IMG/VR virus record: IMGVR_UViG_3300029186_000016
Location: 1-19,269 of that record
Strand: one strand, 5' to 3'
DNA: 19,269 bases
From: a virus
Lineage: Duplodnaviria; Heunggongvirae; Uroviricota; Caudoviricetes
Below the pieces are notes generated by a model that did not search any database, had not been told where the DNA came from, and saw only the letters and a list, made by a program, of their open reading frames with translations. Positions 1 through 6,731 of this stretch are shown here, piece after piece (position 1 is the first letter of the stretch; every line of letters begins with the position of its first letter). A program made the translations under genes and the position numbers.

Positions 1-2
1 GA

Positions 3-539
3 CTCAATGTCATCGGGTCAAAATGGCCTGATGATCTTACAGAGAATACAACAGAGATTACTACAGAGAATAAAAACACTTCTCGTCCGGAAGCTTCGCA
101 ACCGGACCCGCAGGCGGTTGAACAGGATTTTTTAACCCGACACCCTGACGCGGTTGTGTTCAGTGCAAAAAAACGCCAGTGGGGCAATCAGGAGGATTTG
201 GCGTGTGCGCAGTGGATCTGGGGACGAATCGTGAGTCTTTACGAGCAGGCCGCCAGCGATGATGGCGAGATTTCGCGACCGAAAGAACCCAACTGGACCG
301 CATGGGCCAACGACGTGCGCACAATGCGGATGCTGGATGGCAGAACTCACAGACAAATTTGTGAAATGTTTGGTCGGGCGCAGCGGGATCCATTCTGGGT
401 AAAAAATATCATGAGTCCGTCAAAGCTTCGCGGAAAATGGGATGAACTGGTTATCCGCCTGGGGCGTTCGTCTGTACAGCGTTGTGTGAATCATATTTCT
501 GAGCCGGATACCGAAATTCCGCCGGGGTTCAGGGGGTAA
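3..539 (+). CDS. Phage replication initiation / replisome-organizer protein, C-terminal part (5' end lies outside the window)
   Basis: Frame is open from position 3 with no stop until 537-539. It ends 6 nt before the DnaC-like gene, the usual initiator-loader pairing in lambdoid phages. No catalytic motif recognised; assignment is by position. Confidence 0.55.
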   Translation, partial: LNVIGSKWPDDLTENTTEITTENKNTSRPEASQPDPQAVEQDFLTRHPDAVVFSAKKRQWGNQEDLACAQWIWGRIVSLYEQAASDDGEISRPKEPNWTAWANDVRTMRMLDGRTHRQICEMFGRAQRDPFWVKNIMSPSKLRGKWDELVIRLGRSSVQRCVNHISEPDTEIPPGFRG

Positions 540-545
540 CGGGCC

Positions 546-1292
546 ATGAAAAATATCGCGGCAGGTGGTGTTCTTGAGCGTATCCGTAAGCTGACCCCGC
601 AGCATGTAATCGCGCCGTACCGGACAGTGGATGAGTGGCGCGAGTGGCAACTGGCTGAAGGGCGAAAACGTAGCGAGGAGATCAACCGCCAGAATCGCCA
701 GTTGCGGGTGGAAAAAATCCTGAATCGTTCGGGCATCCAGCCTCTGCACAGCAAATGCTCGTTTGCGAATTATCAGGTGCAGAACGACGGGCAAAAACAT
801 GCGCTGAGCCAGGCAAAATCCATCGCTGACGAACTGATGACCGGGTGCACGAATTTTGTGTTCAGCGGTAAGCCGGGTACCGGAAAGAACCACCTTGCAG
901 CCGCCATTGGCAATCATCTTCTGGCGAAAGGTCGCAGCGTGATTGTGATAACGGTGGCTGATGTGATGCTGGCGTTACACAACAGCTACGACAATAAAAA
1001 CTCAGGCGAAAAATTTTTACAGGGGTTGTGTGATGTTGACCTGCTTGTCCTGGATGAAATCGGAATGCAGCGGGATACGCGCAACGAGCAGGTCACACTG
1101 AACCAGATAGTCGACCGCAGAACTGCTTCGATGCGTAGTGTCGGAATGCTGACGAACCTGAACCACGTAGCGATGAGTACGCTTCTTGGCGAGCGTGTGA
1201 TGGACCGCATGGTCATGAACGGTGGTCGCTGGGTGAATTTTAACTGGGAGAGCTGGCGTTCGAATGTCAGACACCTGAGGGTTGTGAAGTAA
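546..1292 (+). CDS. DnaC/IstB-like AAA+ helicase loader
   Basis: Walker A GKPGTGKN and Walker B DLLVLDEIG are readable in the 248-aa translation. Sits immediately after the putative initiator gene. Confidence 0.85.
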   Translation: MKNIAAGGVLERIRKLTPQHVIAPYRTVDEWREWQLAEGRKRSEEINRQNRQLRVEKILNRSGIQPLHSKCSFANYQVQNDGQKHALSQAKSIADELMTGCTNFVFSGKPGTGKNHLAAAIGNHLLAKGRSVIVITVADVMLALHNSYDNKNSGEKFLQGLCDVDLLVLDEIGMQRDTRNEQVTLNQIVDRRTASMRSVGMLTNLNHVAMSTLLGERVMDRMVMNGGRWVNFNWESWRSNVRHLRVVK

Positions 1293-1306
1293 TTTCAGGA
1301 GGACTT

Positions 1307-1723
1307 ATGGTAAAAGTTTTTACTCCCGAACAACGGGAAGAAGTAAAGGCGCGTATTGTGGAACTGGTACGCAGAGATGGTAGGAAAACGCGTAAACAAC
1401 TGGAAAATGAAACAGGGGCGACGAGACATCTGATTGAAGTTCTGGCGAAAGAACTGGTAGACCGTGGTGTTGTATATGGTTCAGGGCATGGAATATTCCC
1501 TTCTGAGCAGGTACGTAAAGACTGGATAAAAGCCCATAAAGAGATGTCTAAAGGTGCAGCGAAAAAGAAGAGCGACCCTGGCCTGATTTATTCATTACCA
1601 GATGGAGAGATACGCCACTACGACAGGCGTCAGAACATAATCTGTCTCGAGTGCCAGAAAAGCAAGGTTATGCAGCGTGTGCTGGCATTTTATCAGGGTA
1701 ATTTTCAGGAGGTGATGGCGTGA
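1307..1723 (+). CDS. Hypothetical nin-region protein (138 aa)
   Basis: Long ORF with AGGAGG-type SD upstream (caggaggacttATG). Its stop overlaps the next start (GTGA). Basic N-terminus may bind nucleic acid; function unknown. Confidence 0.6.
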   Translation: MVKVFTPEQREEVKARIVELVRRDGRKTRKQLENETGATRHLIEVLAKELVDRGVVYGSGHGIFPSEQVRKDWIKAHKEMSKGAAKKKSDPGLIYSLPDGEIRHYDRRQNIICLECQKSKVMQRVLAFYQGNFQEVMA

Positions 1724-2016
1724 GGGTGAGGGTTTATATCGCCGGTCCAATGACGGGGTATGAAAATTTCAACCGTGAGGCGTTTCACAAGGCAGAAGAG
1801 GAACTGAAACGGGAAGGGCATACCGTTTTAAATCCGGCTGTGCTTCCGGATGGGCTGACACAGCCGCACTACATGGATATTTGCATGGCAATGATTCGTT
1901 GTGTGGATGCGATTTACATGCTGAAAGGCTGGCAGCGGTCAGCGGGCGCTAAGGCAGAGCTGGCACTGGCGGAGAAACTGGGGCATGCGGTGATTTATCA
2001 GGAGGTGGCTCAATGA
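1720..2016 (+). CDS. DUF4406-like small protein (nucleoside 2-deoxyribosyltransferase-like fold family), 98 aa
   Basis: GTG start overlapping the upstream stop. The N-terminal VYIAGPMTG motif resembles the Rossmann-like glycine loop of this family as I recall it; family call is from memory. Confidence 0.55.
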   Translation: MRVRVYIAGPMTGYENFNREAFHKAEEELKREGHTVLNPAVLPDGLTQPHYMDICMAMIRCVDAIYMLKGWQRSAGAKAELALAEKLGHAVIYQEVAQ

Positions 2017-2474
2017 GAGAGGTTAACTATGAGGCGCTTCGTGAGGCAGCACAAAACTATCAGTCGACGCTGGCGTGGTATCAGGCTATCCCGGACAGCC
2101 CAAATGCTGAACGGGATTGTGATGCGGCTCTTGCTGCGTTTAAGCGTCACATCCGTCATCGGGAAGCGGATATTATCGCTGATTTGCTGGATGGGCTGGA
2201 AGAAGCAAAATCACAACTCAACGAGCAGCGTGAGTATTACGAAGGCGTTATCTCTGATGGGAGCAAGCGTATTGCTGAACTGGAAGCGCGGGAAGTTCAA
2301 TTACCGACTCGCTACGACCTTCGATATGGACACCCGATAAATGCAGATGAGCGACATGTCATGATACCTAAAGAAAATGGCAGTTGGCTTTACCTGATTG
2401 ACCTAGAACACGCATTACGCGTCGCTGGCATTCGCATCAAAGGAGAGGAGCATGGAAATAAAACCAGAGGATGA
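2013..2474 (+). CDS. Hypothetical phage protein (153 aa)
   Basis: ATGA start/stop overlap with the upstream gene and same-strand operon context. No motif recognised. Confidence 0.55.
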   Translation: MREVNYEALREAAQNYQSTLAWYQAIPDSPNAERDCDAALAAFKRHIRHREADIIADLLDGLEEAKSQLNEQREYYEGVISDGSKRIAELEAREVQLPTRYDLRYGHPINADERHVMIPKENGSWLYLIDLEHALRVAGIRIKGEEHGNKTRG

Positions 2475-2808
2475 GTTAAGCAATATCGTTTTATTTCCGG
2501 TAAAAGAGGATGACCCTCGTAATCAGGTTAATTTTCTTTATGAGCCATCGGAAAGACCATATTGTCATCACGCCTCTGTCCGGGTTGACGAAAAAGAGCG
2601 TCAGGTCCGCTGTAAAATCTGCGGTGCAGTTGTGGAGCCATTTGACTGGATGCTCTCTGTGGCGAAAAGAGAAACCAGACTGGCAGATGATGTAAGGCTC
2701 TTGCGTCAGGAGGAGCGGGAAAGGCGAAAAAATATAGAAAAGCTAATTCAGATTGAGCGTAACGCGAAAGCGCGGATACGCAGGGCGACAAAATCCAGAA
2801 CTGAATAA
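2452..2808 (+). CDS. Hypothetical protein with putative zinc-ribbon (118 aa)
   Basis: Cys/His cluster C-HH...C-x2-C and a highly basic C-terminus. Overlaps the upstream gene by 23 nt. Confidence 0.5.
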   Translation: MEIKPEDELSNIVLFPVKEDDPRNQVNFLYEPSERPYCHHASVRVDEKERQVRCKICGAVVEPFDWMLSVAKRETRLADDVRLLRQEERERRKNIEKLIQIERNAKARIRRATKSRTE

Positions 2809-2878
2809 TTAAATTTAGCTCTGTTAAAAATTTAATCCTTAACCGGAGGGATTTCTGCACCCTCAGAACATCAGGAGG

Positions 2879-2894
2879 CCGCCCGAAAGGGCGG
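2879..2894 (+). promoter_or_regulatory. GNRA-tetraloop hairpin (CCGCCC-GAAA-GGGCGG) between the Shine-Dalgarno and the start codon of the 2902 gene
   Basis: Perfect 6-bp GC stem with a GAAA loop, directly 3' of AGGAGG (2873-2878) and 7 nt 5' of ATG 2902. Confidence 0.6.
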
Positions 2895-2901
2895 TAGTTA
2901 A

Positions 2902-3084
2902 ATGCGAAAGTTTAAAATAATTATTGAAACGGGAATAGCCGGTGGAGATTTCGAGGATGAATTCGAAGTGGATGATGATGCGACGCCTGATGAAATACAT
3001 GACGAAGCAAAAGATATTTTCTTTAACTACTGCAATTACTCATATCACGAAATAAAAGACGAAGAGGAAGAACAAAATGGCTGA
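2902..3084 (+). CDS. Small highly acidic protein (60 aa)
   Basis: ORF with AGGAGG SD separated from the ATG by the hairpin. Asp/Glu-rich composition. Its stop overlaps the next start (ATGGCTGA). Confidence 0.55.
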   Translation: MRKFKIIIETGIAGGDFEDEFEVDDDATPDEIHDEAKDIFFNYCNYSYHEIKDEEEEQNG

Positions 3085-3253
3085 TTTTGGTTCAACTAAA
3101 TACAACGTCAGTTTTGAAGAATGGCATGAACTGTTAATGGACTATGCAGAGTTACGTGGTGGCAGTGCTGCTGATGCTGAAGCATGGCGTGATGATTATG
3201 AAGCAGGAAAAACTCCGGTCGAAGCATATTGTGATGAGTGGGGCGATGAATGA
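3077..3253 (+). CDS. Small acidic protein (58 aa), missing from the ORF track because it is under 60 aa
   Basis: Hand-translated: MADFGSTKYNVSFEEWHELLMDYAELRGGSAADAEAWRDDYEAGKTPVEAYCDEWGDE. Its start overlaps the upstream stop and its stop overlaps the downstream ATG (ATGA), so it fills the gap between two coupled genes exactly. Confidence 0.5.
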   Translation: MADFGSTKYNVSFEEWHELLMDYAELRGGSAADAEAWRDDYEAGKTPVEAYCDEWGDE

Positions 3254-3765
3254 GCGAGATTAATTATCAGGAAGGGCATGAAACGGCAGGGCAGGCAAAA
3301 CCAGTTGCATGGCGATATCGCTACGTGAAAAAAGACGTTACAGACTTTCAGGGGAAGCCGTGGGCTGGTGACTGGAAATATGTACCGACAAAAGAGGATT
3401 GTAACGACAGGCCGAACTATGAAATTCAGGCCTTATTCATCGGCTCGCCAGTCCCGGTGACATCAGAAGGACTGGTTAAAGCCGTGCGCTTTTATGAACA
3501 GGTAAAGCGTGAGAATCCGCCAGTCGAAACAGGAGCATGGAAGGATGCTGTTGACTGGGTGCTCAGAGAGGCCTGCTGCGCTGCCATTCTGGGTAAAGCT
3601 GACAATCCACCAGCATCCGGCAATCAGGTTAGCGAATTAACAATGTGGGTTAAACGACTGGTCAGTCAACTGAAAAAAGCTCAGCCGGACTGCAAATTAC
3701 CGGAGAAGGCGATGGATTACCTGAAACGAAATGGACTGATAAGCGTGGAGGATGTTTTACGATGA
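3250..3765 (+). CDS. Hypothetical phage protein (171 aa)
   Basis: Translationally coupled to the upstream small ORF. No motif recognised. Confidence 0.55.
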   Translation: MSEINYQEGHETAGQAKPVAWRYRYVKKDVTDFQGKPWAGDWKYVPTKEDCNDRPNYEIQALFIGSPVPVTSEGLVKAVRFYEQVKRENPPVETGAWKDAVDWVLREACCAAILGKADNPPASGNQVSELTMWVKRLVSQLKKAQPDCKLPEKAMDYLKRNGLISVEDVLR

Positions 3766-3885
3766 ATATTTAGACTAAAGAGTTTGTAACGCTATGTAAG
3801 TGATTTTTTCTGGTTTAGATATTTATATGTCCGGCCAAATTGAGGTGTGTTTAAATGTTATTGCACATTGATTGTAGGGGGAATA

Positions 3886-4065
3886 ATGAAAAACGCATTG
3901 CAGTTTTTGTTTGTTGCGTTCTGGTTGTTCGCATCATGTATGCCCATCATCTTCACAGCAAGGTATATGGAAAAAATTGATGTTTTGATATTAATGTTTG
4001 GACATATAAATGCCCTTTTTTTAGGGGTGTTCATGGCGGTCATGTGCATTGAATACTGGCGGTAA
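3886..4065 (+). CDS. Small two-helix membrane protein (59 aa) in an AT-rich islet
   Basis: Internal ATG at 3886 preceded by a GGGGGAA SD. Two hydrophobic segments (ALQFLFVAFWLFASCMPIIF and IDVLILMFGHINALFLGVFMAVMCI). The 3847 start in the track lacks an SD. Confidence 0.45.
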   Translation: MKNALQFLFVAFWLFASCMPIIFTARYMEKIDVLILMFGHINALFLGVFMAVMCIEYWR

Positions 4066-4120
4066 ATACAGCGAACGCCATTGGTTTAGTTGGATATTTA
4101 CTGTGCCGGACAAAAACGGT

Positions 4121-4148
4121 TTGCGGGGAAATCTTAGTTAAGTAGAAT
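4121..4148 (+). promoter_or_regulatory. Candidate sigma70 promoter for the hok/mok mRNA (-35 TTGCGG, 16-bp spacer, -10 TAGAAT)
   Basis: Hexamers read directly from sequence, about 120 nt upstream of mok, consistent with the long structured leader typical of hok mRNAs. Confidence 0.3.
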
Positions 4149-4219
4149 AACTGCGGGTGCTTGAGGCTATCTGTCTCAGGCATGAACACCAAAAGGCAGA
4201 TAGAGAAAAGCCCCAGTTA

Positions 4220-4276
4220 ACATTACGCGTCCTGCAAGACGCTTAACATTAATCTGAGGCCCAATCTATGTCTCAC
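4220..4276 (-). ncRNA. Candidate Sok-like antisense RNA
   Basis: Minus-strand promoter-like hexamers inside the mok 5' end (-35 TTGCCT = plus 4306-4311, 17-bp spacer, -10 TAACCT = plus 4283-4288) would start a transcript about 9 nt into mok running antisense to the leader, as in known hok/sok loci. Contains hairpin GCGTC-n6-GACGC (plus 4227-4242). No clear U-tract terminator, so ends are uncertain. Confidence 0.3.
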
Positions 4277-4480
4277 AAATGTAGGTTAGCCTCTTACGTG
4301 CCGAAAGGCAAGGAGAAGCAGGCTATGAAGCAGCAAAAGGCGATGTTAATCGCCCTGATCGTCATCTGTTTAACCGTCATAGTGACGGCACTGGTAACGA
4401 GGAAAGACCTCTGCGAGGTACGAATCCGAACCGGCCAGATGGAGGTTGCTGTTTTCGTAGACTACGAATCTAGAGAGTAA
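4268..4480 (+). CDS. mok: mok-like reading frame (in-frame N-terminal extension of hok, 70 aa)
   Basis: ORF begins 57 nt upstream of the hok ATG in the same frame, as I recall for the chromosomal mokC/hokC and mokB/hokB pairs. Confidence 0.45.
   Translation: MSHKCRLASYVPKGKEKQAMKQQKAMLIALIVICLTVIVTALVTRKDLCEVRIRTGQMEVAVFVDYESRE
4325..4480 (+). CDS. hok: Hok/Gef-family type I toxin (51 aa)
   Basis: MKQQKAMLIALIVICLTVIVTALVTRKDLCEVRIRTGQMEVAVFVDYESRE has one N-terminal TM helix and the conserved RKDLCEV...EVA...YES signature of Hok/Gef/RelF proteins. GGAG SD upstream. Confidence 0.85.
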   Translation: MKQQKAMLIALIVICLTVIVTALVTRKDLCEVRIRTGQMEVAVFVDYESRE

Positions 4481-4488
4481 GAGTGACC

Positions 4489-4512
4489 TGGCGGGAGAGT
4501 AATCTCCCGCCA
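4489..4512 (+). other. Perfect 10-bp hairpin (TGGCGGGAGA-GTAA-TCTCCCGCCA) 9 nt after the hok stop
   Basis: Read directly. Not followed by a T-tract, so it is more likely an mRNA 3' stability or fold-back element than an intrinsic terminator. A T-rich run follows at about 4564-4579. Confidence 0.5.
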
Positions 4513-4696
4513 CCTCTGATGTGTCGGCATCCTCAACGCACCCGCACTTAACCCGCTTCGACGGTTTTTGTTTTATTTTCAATGCGTTTTAACTTTTTTA
4601 AGACACCGGATATAGAATCCAAAACACTTAAGTAGCGCGCAGGGATAAGAGGGATGGCCCCCTGAAGGGGAGAGCTAATTATCCGGAAGGATTCTG

Positions 4697-4960
4697 ATGA
4701 TGAACATCGAAGAACTGCGTAAAATTTTTTGTGAAGATGGCCTCTATGCTGTGTGCGTTGAAAATGGAAATATTGTTAGTCATTGCCGCGTTCTGTGTTT
4801 GCGAAAGAAGCAAAGAAAGAGTGGGGCTGCGTTAATTAATTTTGTGGATGCTCGGGTGACGGACGGATTTATCTTGCGCGACGATGAGTTTGCCACTTCA
4901 TTACAGGCATTGAAAGAGATCGGAATAAAAGCTGGCTTTTCTGCTTTTTCAGAAGAATAA
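4697..4960 (+). CDS. Hypothetical small protein (87 aa), positionally equivalent to the small gene next to hokD in Qin-type prophages
   Basis: ORF with GGAAGGA SD. Identity to rem not verified; the context resemblance is from memory. Confidence 0.5.
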   Translation: MMNIEELRKIFCEDGLYAVCVENGNIVSHCRVLCLRKKQRKSGAALINFVDARVTDGFILRDDEFATSLQALKEIGIKAGFSAFSEE

Positions 4961-5026
4961 ACTCATCTACAATCTTGCGCGGGGCTGAACTCCCGCTGAG
5001 TAACACCGTGCCACCGGAGAAAACCG

Positions 5027-5305
5027 ATGGCACGCAACGCAAAATATTACAATCATAATAATTCGACCGTTCTTGCCTGCACGCACGAGCGGTATCCTCA
5101 CACATTCAAATCTGACTGGTATCAGCACGACCCCTGCACCGAAGAACAGGTCGAGTGGCTGATTCAGAACTACCGCAGACGTGGGTATGAGTTTAGGAAA
5201 GCCCTCAGCCTCGATTATCGTCTCTGGATAATCTACGTCAGACTCCCTTATTCCGAACGCCCACCGCGTCCGTCCCGCACATTCCAGCAACGGATCTGGA
5301 GGTAA
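5027..5305 (+). CDS. Hypothetical protein (92 aa)
   Basis: GGAGAAAA SD before the ATG. Stop TAA 5303-5305 sits one nt before the GTG start of the DUF968 gene, suggesting coupling. Confidence 0.45.
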   Translation: MARNAKYYNHNNSTVLACTHERYPHTFKSDWYQHDPCTEEQVEWLIQNYRRRGYEFRKALSLDYRLWIIYVRLPYSERPPRPSRTFQQRIWR

Positions 5306-5306
5306 C

Positions 5307-6365
5307 GTGCGGGTATTACTTCGATCTGTTCCGGTACCGGAACTTGGGCTGGTGGTCCTTAAGCCTAGTCGTGAATCCATGCAGGTATTCCGCAGCGGTC
5401 GTGTACTGGTGGAGCCGGAACCGAAAAGCATGCGCGGTCTGCCGTCCGGAGTCGTTCCTGCCGTTCGCCAGCCATTGGCGGAGGATAAATCACTACTGCC
5501 ATTTTTCAGCGATGAGCGGGTGATTCGTGCTGCTGGCGGTGCTGGTGCGCTGTCTGACTGGCTGTTACGCCACGTTAAATCCTGCCAGTGGCCTCATGGT
5601 GACTATCATCACAGTGAAATCGTCATACATCGTTACGGTACCGGCGCGATGGTGTTGTGCTGGCACTGCGACAACCAGCTGCGTGACCAGACCTCCGAAT
5701 CACTCGGGCAACTTGCTCATCAAAACCTGTCAGCATGGATGATTGACGTCATACGCCATGCAGTGAATGGCACGCAGGAGCGGGAATTATCGCTGGCTGA
5801 ATTGTGCTGCTGGGCTTCTGTAAATGATGTAGTGGATGCCATGACCGAAAATATGGCGCGTCGAATCCTGAAGCTTCCGAGTGAAAAAATCCGCTCAGTA
5901 TACCGCGAGAGCGACATCGTACCGGGAGAGCAGACCGCCATCAGCATACTGAAGCAGCGCACAAAAAATATTGCGCCGTTGCCTCACGCCCACCAGCAAC
6001 AGAATCCACCACAGGAAAAGACGGTGGTCAGCATTGCCGTTGATCCGGAGTCACCGGCTCAGTATCTCCAGCGCCAGAAACCACAACGGGAAGATATGCC
6101 TGTATACACGCGTTGGGTAAAAACGCAGAAATGCATGACGTGTGGCAATCAGGCAGATGATCCGCATCACATCATTGGTCATGGACTGGGAGGGATGGGA
6201 ACAAAGGCTGATGATTTGTTTGTTATTCCGCTGTGCCGTAAATGCCATAGCGAACTACACGCCGGGGTAAAAGATTTTGAAGAAAAACACGGCAGCCAGC
6301 TGTTGTTGCTGATTCGTTTTTTAATGCACGCGAGAAATTCGGGTGTCCTGAAGTGGAAAGCATGA
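5307..6365 (+). CDS. DUF968-family protein (YdfU-like) with C-terminal HNH-type Cys/His motif
   Basis: C-terminal CMTCGN...HHIIGHG...CRKCHSELH is an HNH/zinc-finger-like signature. GTG start with TGGAGG SD. Precedes rusA as in lambdoid nin/recombination regions. Confidence 0.7.
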   Translation: MRVLLRSVPVPELGLVVLKPSRESMQVFRSGRVLVEPEPKSMRGLPSGVVPAVRQPLAEDKSLLPFFSDERVIRAAGGAGALSDWLLRHVKSCQWPHGDYHHSEIVIHRYGTGAMVLCWHCDNQLRDQTSESLGQLAHQNLSAWMIDVIRHAVNGTQERELSLAELCCWASVNDVVDAMTENMARRILKLPSEKIRSVYRESDIVPGEQTAISILKQRTKNIAPLPHAHQQQNPPQEKTVVSIAVDPESPAQYLQRQKPQREDMPVYTRWVKTQKCMTCGNQADDPHHIIGHGLGGMGTKADDLFVIPLCRKCHSELHAGVKDFEEKHGSQLLLLIRFLMHARNSGVLKWKA

Positions 6366-6731
6366 ATGACTGAACGCATAGAATTTGTTTTGCCTTACCC
6401 GCCAACGGTGAACACTTACTGGCGACGTCGTGGCAGCACATATTTTGTATCAAAAGCCGGTGAGCGTTATCGCCGGGATGTGGCGCTTATTGTTCGCCAG
6501 CAGCGGCTGAAATTAAACCTGTCCGGAAGGCTGGCGATAAAGATTATTGCAGAGCCACCGGATAAACGTCGTCGTGACCTGGACAATATCCTGAAAGCAC
6601 CACTGGATGCGCTGACGCATGCCGGACTTCTCATAGACGACGAGCAGTTTGATGAAATCAATATTGTGCGCGGTCAGCTCGTTCCTGGGGGGCGGCTGGG
6701 CGTGAAGATTTACAAAATTGAGAGTGAGTGA
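6366..6731 (+). CDS. rusA: Holliday-junction resolvase RusA
   Basis: The 121-aa translation carries the acidic RRRDLDNILKAPLDAL...DDEQ motifs of the RusA family. Its start overlaps the upstream stop. Confidence 0.85.
   Translation: MTERIEFVLPYPPTVNTYWRRRGSTYFVSKAGERYRRDVALIVRQQRLKLNLSGRLAIKIIAEPPDKRRRDLDNILKAPLDALTHAGLLIDDEQFDEINIVRGQLVPGGRLGVKIYKIESE

Noticed and set aside
132-1274. Minus-strand ORFs inside the replication genes (132..356, 160..393, 420..917, 491..754, 986..1216, 1017..1274)
   Set aside because: They are antisense shadows of strongly supported plus-strand genes, with no SDs and no operon logic.
3847-3885. Longer 72-aa version of the small membrane protein starting at 3847
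   Set aside because: No SD upstream of 3847, whereas the ATG at 3886 is preceded by GGGGGAA. The shorter form is preferred but not proven.
4554-4580. Possible intrinsic terminator of the hok transcript at the T-rich run
   Set aside because: The T-tract (TTTTTGTTTTATTTT) is present but the preceding stem is only about 3 bp (CCG...CGG), so I could not support a terminator call. The 10-bp hairpin at 4489-4512 is reported instead as a structural element.
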